NCBI GenBank assembly: GCA_951406725.2
Contig: OX597829.1
Coordinates: forward strand, 47,802,001 to 47,866,000
From: Octopus vulgaris
Lineage: Eukaryota
Direction of reading: 5' to 3'
DNA length: 64,000 nt
Shown here: piece by piece, positions 40,352 through 55,355 of the stretch
How positions within the stretch are numbered: position 1 is the first letter of the stretch
How the letters are laid out: every line of letters begins with the position of its first letter
Translations under genes and position numbers: made by a program
The notes under the pieces: generated by a model
What the model was told of the DNA's origin: nothing
What the model saw: only the letters and a program-made list of their open reading frames with translations
The model's database searches: none

Positions 40352-40884
40352 TTATTCTTTTACTTGTTTCGGTCATTTTGATTGCGGCCATGCTGGAGTA
40401 CCCGCCTTTGGTCGAGCAAATCGACTCCAGGACTTATTCTTTGTAAGCCTAGTACTTATTCTATCGGCTTCTTTTGCCGAACCGCTAGGTTATGGGGACG
40501 CAAACGGACCAGCATTAGTTGTTAAGCGATGTTGTTGGGGAGGGGAACAAATACAGACATAGACATATACACTCACATGCATACATATATATATATACAT
40601 ACGACGGTCTTCTTATAGTTTCCGTCTACCAAATCCACTCGCAAATCTTTGGTCGACCCGAGGCTATAGCAGAAGACACTTGCCCAAGGTGCCACGCAGT
40701 GGGACTGAACCCGGAACCATGTAGGGAGAAGCAAGCTACTTGTCTCTTGTCTTCTCACCTGGTATCTCTTAGATACCCTAAATTATAAAATGTAATAATT
40801 ATTACCCTTAAAGCTTTTTATTCCCATACTGGCCGACTGATAAGATCGGTATTTAAATATCGACCTCATCCTTATTTATATATC

Positions 40885-40923
<39 letters not shown>

Positions 40924-41140
40924 GAGAGAGAGAGAGAGAGAGACAGATAGATAGATTGACTGATAAACAGACAGACAGACAGATCTTTTCTCTTTTATCT
41001 TATACTTGTTTCAATCATTAGACTGCGGCCATGCTGGGGCGCCACAAAGCTTGGTCCTTATTCTATCGGTTTCTTTTGCCGAACTGCTAAGTTTCGGGGA
41101 ACGTGAGCACAGCAATACCGGTTGTCAAGCTGTGGTGAAG
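40352..41140 (-). mobile_element. SINE family 2 copies (40352-40740, 40995-41140)
   Basis: Reverse-complement similarity to 53660-54076. Confidence 0.8.
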
Positions 41141-41681
41141 AAGAAACACACACAACAACACACATACACATACATATACATACATATACATATATATATA
41201 TATGTGTTTGTGTGTGTGTTCACTGTTTCACAATGTCCACTTCAGTCCCTTCGCAGGGAGATGGTTAGTTCCAAATTGATTCTGACACAAGATGACCGGG
41301 TATCAGAAACACACAACAGAACATGGCGGTGGGCTTACATTTCGAAAACATTGACGCGCTGATCTGAAAGCCCTGCAAAGATTCTTTGAAGTGCTTAGTT
41401 GAATCCTGACCTCCATTCGTAAGTGGCCTATCTCACCTAGAAATAGCCTGATAGTTTGTGCAAGTTTGGGCAGCGTATACCTCGCAACCTTCATCTATTA
41501 CCGCCTAACGATTATGTTTTGCCCTAATTTTCAACTGACCAGGCACGCTTCTCTTCATTTTCTTTTCTTACTGAGAGAGAGACGTTGTACTGGTCAGAAG
41601 ATTCTTCGATAACATTTGTCCTTTGTGCCCATGCGTAAAAAATATCACAATCTGTAACAATCATTATAATTGACAGATATA

Positions 41682-42620
41682 AGGCGGCGGGCTGGCAGAA
41701 TAGTTAACACGCCGGTCAAAATAATTAGGGGTATTTCGTCTGCCGTTACGTTCTGAGTTCAAATTCCGCCAGGTCGACTTTGCCTTTCATCCTTTTGGGG
41801 TCGATAAATTAAGTACCAGTTACGCACTGGGGTCGCTGTAATCGACTTAATCCGTTTGTGTGTCCTTGTTTGTCCCCTCTATGTTTAGCCCCTTATGGGT
41901 AGTAAAGAAATAGGTATTTCATCTGCCGCTAGGTTTTGAGTTCAAATTCCGCCGAGGTCGACTTTGCCTTTCATCCTTTCGGGGTCGATAAATTAAGTAC
42001 CAGTTACGCACTGGGGTCGATATAATCGACTTAATCCGTTTGTCTGTCCTTGTTTGTCCCCTCTGTGTTTAGCCCCTTATGATTAGTAAAGAAATAGGTA
42101 TTTCATCTGCCGCTAGGTTTTGAGTTCAAATTCCGCCGAGGTCGACTTTGCCTTTCATCCTTTCGGGGTCGATAAATTAAGTACCAGTTACGCACTGGGG
42201 TCGCTGTAATCGACTTAATCCGTTTGTCTGTTCTTGTTTGTCCCCTCTATGTTTAGTCCCTTATGGGTAGTAAAGAAATAGGAATTTCGTCTGCCGCTAG
42301 GTTCTGAGTTCAAATTCCGCCGAGGTCGACTTTGCCTTTCATCCTTTCGGGGTAGATTAAATAAGTACCAGTTACGCACTGGGGTCGATGTAATCGACTT
42401 AATCCGTTTGTGTGTCCTTGTTTGTCCTCTCTGTGTTCAGCCTCTTGTGGGTAGTAAAGAAATAGGTATTTCGCCCGCCTTTACATTCTGAGCTCAAATT
42501 CTTCCGTGGTTGACTTTGCTTTTTATCTTTTCTGGATCGATAAAATACGTACCTGTTATACATTAGGGTCGATGTAATCAACTAGCTACCTCACATAATT
42601 TCGGGCATTGTATCTAACCA
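41682..42620 (+). mobile_element. SINE family 1 tandem array: head, four ~184-bp bodies, old body
   Basis: Units start at 41731, 41914, 42098, 42282 and 42466. Confidence 0.92.
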
Positions 42621-42849
42621 TATAAAGGATTATTAGTAATTATTACATCAACGAACGCGACGGTTCATTCTTACTGGTTTCCGTTCAATTCTTTTGGCAA
42701 TTCAGGTCGGTTCTGGATTTTTCCCCTTTAACAATAAGAACTCTTGGCGATAGGTCTTCGATCTGAATGATACAATACCAAACAAAACTGCAGTGAGATC
42801 TCACGGATGAAAATTAAATTTTTTTATATCCCTATTCTACGAAAGCAAA

Positions 42850-43151
<302 letters not shown>

Positions 43152-43533
43152 GTAAAAAAAAAAATGAAAGAAAAAAGAGAAAAATGTAAAACATTCTAAG
43201 TATGAGGTATTGCCCTTTTTTTTTTACGAAATGATTTTGATGTAGCTTTATTGTAGCTTTATTTTTTTATTTGTCTATTTATCTCTTTATTTATTTATTT
43301 ATTTATCTATTTATTTGTGCATTCATTCATTCATTCAGTAATCCATTTATTCCATTGTGAATTACGACAAACACTATTCGATATTATACTTAATTTATAT
43401 ATTTATTAATTTGTTTGTTTGTTAATTCTTTTCCATCTATGATTCCTTAGGAATTATTCCTGACTCTTCAAGTGTGGCATACATTGTCGAAGGGGACAAA
43501 TGAATGGCCATTTGTGATACCAACAAGAGCTCT

Positions 43534-43575
<42 letters not shown>

Positions 43576-43615
43576 ATATCCACCTATCAAGCGGAAATCG
43601 TAAGGAAATCCGGTT

Positions 43616-43817
43616 TGGTGGTGGTGGTGGCGGTGCGGGTGGTGCGGGTGGTGGTGCGGGTGGTGGTGCGGGTGGTGGCGGTGGTGGTGGTGCAGGTGGT
43701 GGTGCGGGTGGTGATGCGGGTGGTGGTGCGGGTGGTGGTGCGGGTGTCGGTGCGGGTTGTGGTGCGGGTGGTGGTGCGGGTGGCGGTGCGGGTGGCGGTG
43801 CGGGTGGTGATGCGGGT
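43616..43817. repeat. GGTGGTGCGGGT-type 12-mer minisatellite
   Basis: Direct reading. Confidence 0.9.
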
Positions 43818-44074
43818 AGAAACATTTGTGAAAAGAATATATAACATCATAGTTATGAGTTTGTTTTGCAGGTGGGATAACCAAAAGAAAAAAAAAGAAG
43901 AAAGAAAAGGAAAAAAAAGAAGAAAAAAAGGGGGAAGTAATAAAGGTGATAAAAGGGAGCAAGTGAGACAGAATGAAAACGAGAATAATAGGGGAAAGAG
44001 TGAAAAAAAGGAGAGAGAATATTTGAGATGAATCTGTGAGTGTGTTTGTGAATGGTTTTATATGCGCGCACGTG

Positions 44075-45720
<1,646 letters not shown>

Positions 45721-46128
45721 TAGCAAATTGTATGGACAGAATGTTTAGTTTCAATGGTATTTCACAGTGCAGATCCTAACAATAATGGCCACTTGTAATT
45801 GAAATTCGGGCAAGCGGTTATAAACGATCGAATTGTTCTCACATATTCTGGTAATTGTGTTACCAATCCGAGAGCCAGAGAGGTGGGGGAGGGGGTAGAA
45901 TGAAAGTAGAAGTCATACGGATATAATAGTGTTTCGTTCAATATTTGACTCATCAAGGGAACCCTTTCCTTTAGCTATAGCTGCTAGAAATAGCTACATG
46001 ATTTCCTTCAAACCACCATGTTTGACATATGTATGTATATGAGCCAAGGAGAAAGCATGATAGAAACAGCAACCAAAACTATCTACAATCACATCCATCA
46101 GTGTTATGTAAGTATATCCTATGTGTTA

Positions 46129-46191
<63 letters not shown>

Positions 46192-46333
46192 ATACAAAAG
46201 TGGGAATTGAACGCAAAACATCCAGACAAACGAATGCATATATATGTGTGTGTGTCCATGTGTGCAAGCGTAATAATGTATGCATGTAAGTAAAGATATA
46301 TACGTATATGTATATACATATATATACATATAA

Positions 46334-46344
<11 letters not shown>

Positions 46345-46365
<21 letters not shown>

Positions 46366-47895
46366 TTGCAGATTTGTATGTTTTATGTATGTATTCTCAT
46401 GCATATAGTTCATATAGTTACATATCTAGACATGGTTATATATATTTAAATGATAAAGTTCTGGAATGCTTTACAGATTTTTACAGTTCCAGTGATGGAT
46501 TGGATCTGCAGTCTTCGAATTAGCTTTCTCCTTTCTGTTACTAGTTTGGTTTATAGTTTTTCCCCTTTTCACAACCATATAACGACATTTATCCTGACCA
46601 AACGCCAACCCTACATCCTTTGGGAATGTTGTAACTAGCTCAAGGTTCTTTTCCATCTCATGCATATTTTTTGCATAGTTTTAAGTCATCCACAAAGAAA
46701 CAGCGAGTAATTTTGATATTTCTGCTTCCTTGTGAACCAGTGAGATAATCATCAGACTTCCTTAATATGAATGACAAGGGGTTTACAGAAAGATTAAACA
46801 ACACCGCAGAGAGGTTGTCTCCTTGGAATATGCCTTTGCGATATTGTATTTTATCAGTGATAGTACAGTCACTCTTTATGTTTAATTTGAAGATGGTGGC
46901 CCACGATGAAGTCAAGTCAGCATTGGCTTTGACTATGCTCATTTTAGGAAGTTGAAGGGCTTCTAGCATCCATGAATGGGAAACAGAGTTAAAGGCTTTC
47001 TTGTAGTCTAGCCACATTGAAACTAGGTTCCTCTGACATCACAGCTTTGTGATTAACAAATGCTTGGAACATCCCCAGATTCCTTTCTTCCCAGCTGCTT
47101 GTTCTACTGTGATAATGTTATTGGTTTCACAATGGTCCTGGAGGAAGAGGTTTAAACATGCTGCATATATTTTATACATTAAGTTCTGGCATGCAATTAG
47201 CTGGTAGTTTTTTGCCATGTGGGTGGTTCTGCATTTGGGGATCAATTTTGTTTCTGCCTGAACTAACCAATGTGGTATGCTACTGTTCCCAATGAGAGCT
47301 TGCTGGTACAGATTGATAAGATATGTTCAATGGAATGTTAGCTCCTTGTACCAACATCCAGCAATCAAGTGTCTTCCAGGTGTTTTTCCATCCTATAGTT
47401 TCTGGATCACAGTTGCAAGAATTTCACCATCAATGTTGTATACATTGGATGTAACGCAGGAGCAATAACTTTTCCGGGTTCCTTGCATCCATAGAGCATC
47501 TTTGTTAAATTCCTTCTCTTCACTCCATATTTTCCTCCAGAAGGAGTCTACGTCTTCTTGTGAAGTATCTTCCGTGATGTTCATTGCTCCTGAGACTCAT
47601 GTCTCTGTATACTACTGCCTGGTTCCAGTTAATTTTTTTGTCTATTGTTCTTTTCTCAGTTATTCTCTTCTAATGTTGAAGTTTTCCCTGACCCCTTTTA
47701 GCTCCAGATTGAGGGCAATCAGTTTGCAAGTGAGTGTTCTCCTTTTGCTGTCTTCAAACATCATTTCTATCTCCTTCTTTACTTTCTGTTGGTGGGACGT
47801 ATAATGATTTGCTTGTTTGCAATAAGCATCATTACAGGACTGATGGTCTTCCGTAAACTGGTTATCTTTTTCTCTGTCTTCAAAACACATGATGG
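46345..47895 (-). mobile_element. R4/Dong-like LINE, RT domain with internal deletion (same family as 1041-2540)
   Basis: FWRKIWS, NYQLIACQNLMYKI, EQAAGKKG, WLDYKKAFNSVSHSW, GIFQGDNLS, FFVDDLKL, FGQDKC. 3' end matches 2322-2500 and ends in (TACA)n. Confidence 0.88.
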
Positions 47896-47975
47896 TACTT
47901 TCTTTGTTATTTCGATTTCGTTTACTTTTTGAATATCATTCATGTACTGTCTTACAGTAATAGCCAGAGTGAAAG

Positions 47976-48194
47976 AAAGAAAATGGAGAAATATGGCTGA
48001 ATAAATAATTAATCTGTATGCTATAAAGATGTTGAAATTTTTTTATATAATAAACAATACAAATAAATTGTAAGTTGTACAGCTCTAAAAGACATGGCAG
48101 ATGCAAAAACCTACATATATTAAAGCTGTACAACTTACAATGTTTATATCATACAAATATATAATTTATTCATCCATATTTCTCCATTTTCTTT
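47976..48194. mobile_element. Old fold-back PLE-like 3' end
   Basis: Outer arms AAAGAAAATGGAGAAATATGG.. / ..CCATATTTCTCCATTTTCTTT. Inner arms 48067-48084 / 48124-48141. Confidence 0.55.
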
Positions 48195-48348
48195 ACTTCA
48201 ATATTAATTATATGTATTACTATAATAATATCTAACATATCGCCGAGATTTTCTGCTTATATGTTAGTGATTAACCAGTGAAATTTTTTGTATTATTTAA
48301 TCCCGAATGTGGATCTAACATCCTCAAATTGACTCTGTGTGTGTATGT

Positions 48349-48418
<70 letters not shown>

Positions 48419-48839
48419 CAACAAGAAGCATGATTCCATCATATTGACTGCTATTTCTCCTAGGAGAAATAACAGCCAAATCAATGTACGTGTGTGTGCA
48501 TCAATGTATGCGCCAACTACAGCTTGTCGTGGAGATAAAAATTCTCTCCTCAGACAAAAAGGTTTTAAAGCTCCGGCTCATAACACTCTTTATGTGAGTG
48601 GTGAGTACTTTTCAAACTCGTTATTTCTCTTCAACACCAGATACCTTTTTATCATAAACGAGAATGTCCTCTCCTAGATGAACTGCAGTGGAAAGCCTTT
48701 CATGGCTAATATGCAGAGTGCGATGGGTTACTTGTTACCATTTTATAGTTTTAATTTCGCGCATGCACATTGTTTGTTTTTGATTTTGTCGACTACAGAG
48801 TATAGTAGGGTCAGTTGGGTACCGTCAGTGAGAAAACCA

Positions 48840-49520
48840 ATACCATGACGCAATTCACTCAGGCAGTAATTTGGAAACGACATGCTTCGCTGCTTGGCAT
48901 TCGCGCCGGAAGTTTCAATACGAACATTTCAGACATTCGGTATTTTTCATACAAGATCAGAAAGAGCCAATGTTTATCCCAAACCATCAAGAACAAGAGG
49001 AAAGACGGGCTACAAAACTTTTGAACAAACTCAAGCATCTCTTTCAACCGAACATGCTTTGCTTTTTCTCAGACGAGAAAAATTTCTGCCAGGATCAGAT
49101 GGTGAACACACAGAACAACCGTTGACTTGCCGTATCCCCAAAATATGTACCGAGAGTGGTAAAAAAATCAAACATCCAGGCAACATCATACTGTTTGGAG
49201 TGATCACTAGTGATGGCGACGTTATGCCTCCATTCATCTACCCATACGGCCTCAGATTCAACATCAAGTGCTTGGAGGAGGTAGTGCTGCCCTGGGGGAA
49301 GCGGGTGGCCACTGGAAGAACCTACGTCTGGCAACGGGACTCTGCACCATGCCACACAAGCAATTTCTGCCACCATATCACCATTAACATCTGGCCACCA
49401 AACTCCCCAGACTGCAATCCCTGGATTATTATGTGTGGGGCGCAGTTGAACAAGAGAGCAACAAAACTCCTTATAACATCAAAGATGAACTGAATAACAC
49501 GAAAGATGAACTGAACGAAT
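48840..49520 (+). mobile_element. Decayed Tc1/mariner (DD37D/maT-like) transposase
   Basis: FFSDEKNF..NTQNNR, FGVITSDG, YVWQRDSAPCHTS, WPPNSPDCNP. Frameshifts. Confidence 0.8.
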
Positions 49521-49964
49521 ACGCACATATGTCTGCATATACGCACATATACACATATGTACATACACATATATGCACATATGCGCGTCGATACACACAC
49601 ACACACACATACATATTTACGTATATATATGTATTTATGTATGTATTTTCTGTTTTAGTCAGGAAAACCACGGGCCATGATGGAGCAACACATAGAAGAA
49701 CATTTAGAGGACTGTATTGATCCAAGTGCTTCTTTACGCCTGGGGATGTAACACATCAACATTGGCTGTTGAGGAGACAAACACAGGCACACACATGTAT
49801 ATATATGTGTGTGTGTTTAGGCTTCTTTTAGTTTCCATCTATCGGATCCTCTCGCAATCCGAGGGTATAGTAGAAAACACTTGCCCAAGGTGAAACTGAA
49901 CCTACATATAGATAGATAGATAGATAGATAGAACCAACTATATATACATGTGTGAGTGTATATG

Positions 49965-50038
<74 letters not shown>

Positions 50039-50246
50039 TTATAGAAGGAGCTTCTACAGGACTAGAACTGTTTCATTCAAAAGAAATCATCAGGAAGCTC
50101 CTAATGATTCCTGAGCTTCCTAATGATTTCTTTTGAATGAAACAGTTCTAGTCCTGTAGAAGCTCCTTCTATAAAATAAATTAATTTACTCTGCTATGTA
50201 TTGAGTACCTTATTTACTGTGGTTAACCCCGACTCAACCCGGGACC

Positions 50247-50250
<4 letters not shown>
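50039..50250 (+). mobile_element. PLE 3' end with fold-back, in (TA)n
   Basis: Arms 50039-50100 / 50113-50174, each comprising essentially one HHR. Confidence 0.75.
50048..50100 (-). ncRNA. Type I hammerhead ribozyme
   Basis: GAGCTTC-CTGATGA-tTTC tttt GAAt-GAAA-CAG ttctagtc CTG-TA-GAAGCTC. The plus copy at 50113-50165 has CTAATGA (G5A). Confidence 0.8.
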
Positions 50251-50301
<51 letters not shown>

Positions 50302-50789
50302 TATGGTATAATTATAAACAGGGCAAATTTTAGCCATTTCTCCGCAGACTCAAAAAAAAAAACGATGAACAATCTTAATCGATCTTCGGCCCTTATTATG
50401 TTCTCATCAGCGACGTCCACATAATTTTGATAGTCTCCAGAGAAACAAGCAGCCAAACTGTTTATATACTCAACAAATGCAGCAGTTACTCTATGAAGGA
50501 GTCTCTAATTCCTATATCGAAAGTGTTTAACACTCTATAAATGTATATATGAGTCAACGATGTAGACTTTTTACGGTGGTTAGATTTTCCAGAAATGGAA
50601 GCCACATGTCTCACAAATCCCATAATACCGTCTTTAAAGAGATATCGAACTGCGTAGTGAAACAAACCACTAAATCCATGTGCATATATATGTGTGCGTG
50701 AGTGACTGTGTGTGTGTGTGGATATATTCATATATACACACATCTATATATATATGTATACATATATATATACACACATACACATATAT

Positions 50790-51110
50790 ACAAATCTGCA
50801 CATACATACATACATACAAACAAAAATAGCCTGTTGTGGATGTCGAAATTCCAATGAAAAAGCCTTAGATCTAGGTTAGAAAACGATTCTTTCTCTATTG
50901 GCAAGGAACCTTGAAATAAAATGAATAATGACATACATACATACATACATACATACATACATACATACATACATACAAACATACATACATACAAACAAAG
51001 AAAAATAGCCTGTTGTGAATGTTGAAATTCCAATAAAGGAAGCTTGCATCTAGGTTAGAAACTGGTTCTTTCTTTATTAGCAAGAAACCTTGAAATAAAC
51101 TGAATAATGA
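50790..51110 (+). mobile_element. Two tandem 3' tips of the (TACA)n-associated LINE
   Basis: CAAATCTGC.CATA as at 2480, CCTGTTGTGGATGTCGAAATTCCA as at 2541. Units separated by (CATA)n. Confidence 0.7.
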
Positions 51111-51122
51111 CATACATACATT

Positions 51123-51154
<32 letters not shown>

Positions 51155-51291
51155 CATACATACATACATACATACATGCATACATACATACACATACACA
51201 CATACATACATGCCTACATACAAATATACATACATACATACATACATACATATATGCATACATACATACATACATACATACATACATACAA

Positions 51292-51323
<32 letters not shown>

Positions 51324-51389
51324 GCATACATACATACATACATACATACATAGACATACACACATATACATACACACACATACATACAT

Positions 51390-51420
<31 letters not shown>

Positions 51421-51905
51421 TACATACATACATACATACATACATACATAGACATACACACATATACACACACACACACACATACATACATACATACATA
51501 CATACATACATACATACATACATACATACATACATACATACATACATACATACATACATACGTACGTACCTTGATACACACACACTCAAACAAATAAGCG
51601 GAAATGCTAAATGGAAAGAGGCCACTTCGTGTAAAAATTATTATTATGCAACCGCTTATTCGACCATAACTAAATACTTATGCGTAATATTATTATATTT
51701 ATTTTAATTTTAATTCTCTCTATATTTGTGTACCTGTACATCCCACATGGGTGTTTCTTTCTCCATCTTTGCTTCTATATCTATGTAAACCAAGTATACC
51801 CATGCCTCTGTAACTACTCATGCCACTCATCAAATATATATACCAGTGTGTGTCTGTGTGTGTGTCTACGTGTGTTTGCGTATGTGTGTGTTTGTCTGTG
51901 TGTGC

Positions 51906-51954
<49 letters not shown>

Positions 51955-51956
<2 letters not shown>

Positions 51957-52136
51957 AGGAATTCACAAAAAAAATAATAAAAGACGAAGACAGGTGGTGT
52001 AAACAACAAACAGATGTATTAGTTCAACGCTCGGGAAGTGAAAATGTTTTTAACGTTTCGAGCCTACGCTCTTCCACAGAAAGGAACGCAGAAAGAAACG
52101 AGGTGAGAAAATAATGTGTGGTGGCTAGCGATCTAT
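51955..52136 (-). mobile_element. PLE-like 3' end with variant HHR (52049-52082)
   Basis: TTT-CTGTGGA-A-GAGC gtag GCTC-GAAA-CG-TT-AAA. Same family as 62021. Confidence 0.65.
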
Positions 52137-52156
52137 TAATGGATAGGTAGATAGAT

Positions 52157-52216
<60 letters not shown>

Positions 52217-52221
52217 CAGAC

Positions 52222-52277
<56 letters not shown>

Positions 52278-52700
52278 GATAGATAGATAGATAGATAGAT
52301 AGATAGAGGGAGGGAGAGGGAGTGAAAGGAAGTTGCATATGCACATAAATATTTATGTGTATATTCTTTTATTCTTTTACTTTTTTCGGTCATTTGACTG
52401 CCTAATACATATTTCGCTCTTTGTAAGCCTAGTAATTATTCTATCGGTCACTTTTGTCGAACGGCTAGAATACAGGGACGTAATATTTTCCGTGCTGCAC
52501 GGAATTTTCTCAGTGAACAGGTCGCGGTCTCAAAGCGACGAAAATATTTTGACACAAATGAAGTTTTAATGTTAAAGTGAATCTAACGGTATTTTGTGTA
52601 TTTTTAAATGGCTTATAAGCACCTTCCATGCTGCAATTGTTTTTGTTTCAGCACACGATCTCTGATCAGGTCACTTGCTTTACAACAGGTACATCTCTGT

Positions 52701-52763
<63 letters not shown>

Positions 52764-53018
52764 CAGAAATTTTATGATAGAATATGAAAGAAAAGAAAAT
52801 ATAAATGAACGTTTAATAGAAATAATGCTATTCTCAAATAAAGTATCATAATGATAAAAAATGCTGCTAATGCGCTATTCATCAAGTGAGATGTTAGAAA
52901 TTTGTTTACTAATATTGAAGATTAGGTTTATTATTGAGTCGAAATTCGTATATTGGCCTCGCTTCCTAAAAATTTCTCTATTTTGAATTCAAGAAGCATA
53001 AGAAGCATATTAAGAAGC

Positions 53019-53118
<100 letters not shown>

Positions 53119-53659
53119 ATATATGTATATATATGTATATATATATGCATATATATATGCATATTTATATATGTATATATTTAATATATATTTATATACA
53201 TATATATAATATTTATATGGGTACAGGACGTCACAAAACGTAAACAACATGAAATACGAAAATAAATTAAATGTATGTATATGAATATGGATAAATGGGG
53301 ATGTATTTATTGCCGTATGAAGCTATGTTAATATGAAGAGAGAGAGGAACATATTAAAACTACACGAAGAGAGGCATATGAGAAGCAGATTTGCAAACCT
53401 ATAGATTTGACACATACTCACACTCATACATACACGCATGCGTATGCGCACACACACGCAAACACAAACATACACACAGGTGCGTGTAGAGATACACCCA
53501 TACACACATACACATGCATGTGTGTGTGTATGCGTATAAACACACGTACAGACACACGCTCACATACACACACAAACACGAATATAAATAAATAAACAAT
53601 TAAACAAACATAACAATACAAGTATGAGATACAAGAGAGACAGATATAATATATATATA

Positions 53660-54076
53660 GGCACGGGAGTTGCTGTGTGGTAAGTAGCTTGTTTACCAGC
53701 CACATGGTTCTGGGTTCGGTCCCACTGCGTGGCACCTTGGGCAAGTGTCTTCTACTATAGCCTCAGGCTGACCAAAGCCTTGTGAGTGGATTTGGTAGAC
53801 GGAAACTGAAAGAAGCCCGTCGTATATATGTATGTATATATATGTATATGTATGTGTGCGTGCATGTTTGTGTTTGTGTTTGTCCCCCTAGCATTGCTTG
53901 ACAACCGATGCTGTTTATGTCCGATGTGTTTATGTCCCCGTCACTTAGCGGTTCGGCAAAAGAGACCAATAGAATAAGTACTGGGCTTACAAAGAATAAG
54001 TCCCGGGGTCGAGTTGCTCGATTAAGGGCGGTGCTCCAGCATGGCCGCAGTCAAATGACTGAAACAAGTAAAAGAG
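53660..54076 (+). mobile_element. tRNA-derived SINE family 2, full length
   Basis: GCTGTGTGGTAAG A-box region, GGGTTCGGTCCC B-box, CORE-like ACCTTGGGCAAGTG, internal microsatellite, GTAAAAGAG tail. Confidence 0.9.
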
Positions 54077-54124
54077 TATATATATATATGTATGCATGTA
54101 TTATACAGTTACCTTATATATATA

Positions 54125-54157
<33 letters not shown>

Positions 54158-54179
54158 ATGTATTATACAGTTACCTTAC

Positions 54180-54222
<43 letters not shown>

Positions 54223-54551
54223 CATAAAAACTGAGAGATTTAAACTAGATATCGTGGCATGAATACATATTTATGTATGGCTGAATAAGTAATTGCATGA
54301 CAATAAATAAATGTTTGCAGGAAATGGTCTTCTTCCTGTTGGCATTCACGCTTACTTGTTTTCTGTTTTTATGTCTGCCTGTATATATTTACTCCTTTGT
54401 GTGTGGCGGTACATATATGCATATATATATATATATATATGTAAAAGTAAAAAAAATATATACAAACTGGGACAAAAACGTGAAACATTTAGAAAACGAC
54501 ACAAAAAACGGACGGGACATTAGAAGCTTTCAATCTTCAGTCAAGAACCAG

Positions 54552-54670
<119 letters not shown>

Positions 54671-54802
54671 TATGTGTGTGTACTAATTTATATGCATGTC
54701 TCTCTCTATCTCTGTCGCACTCTCTCCCTCTCTCATGTCTGTCTCTCGCTCTTTTTCTTTCTCTCTCTCCCTCTCTCTTTCTCTTTCTCTCGCTCTTTCT
54801 CC

Positions 54803-54835
<33 letters not shown>

Positions 54836-55202
54836 CCTCTCTCTCTTCCTTCTCTGGTTTTCTACATATATATATATATGCATCCACCACACACATAGAA
54901 ACACACAATACTCTGTACAAAAACTTTCTACACAAGACATATAAGCACCTACAAAGAGAAAGAGGTCTCTACCACCTTCTGCAAATGAAGTTGGTCAAAA
55001 TTACCTGTAATCTTTTCTTTCTACTTATGAAATCGCGAAATCTTCCCCATCATTTGGGTAGTTTCCCGTCAAGGCCGTTCACTTGATTATCTCCAAACAT
55101 CTACCAAATTCGGGCTCGATGTATTCGATACCTATCCCCCCACCACACACACACACATGCTATTTTTGTCGTCAACTATTCCATTAAACCTTCTCGCATA
55201 TT

Positions 55203-55302
55203 CTCGGCGGAATTTGAACTCTGAACGTAGCGGCAGACGAAATACCGCTAGGCATTTCGCCCGGTGTCCTAGCCATCCTGCCATCTCACCGCCCTCCAAT
55301 GT

Positions 55303-55355
<53 letters not shown>

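Noticed and set aside
41230-41620. Degenerate RTE-like fragment on the minus strand
   Set aside because: Similarity too weak to support by eye.
41731-42470. CRISPR-like array
   Set aside because: Units are 184-bp SINE bodies without unique spacers, in a eukaryotic context with no cas genes.
52905-52958. HHR-like CTAATA-TTGAAGA..GAAA-TTCG-TA-TATTGG
   Set aside because: Core mutated and stems II and III poor; possibly a decayed copy, not called.
54515-54548. Stem-II-less HHR (CTGAAGA-tt-GAAA) on the minus strand
   Set aside because: Stem I does not pair convincingly.
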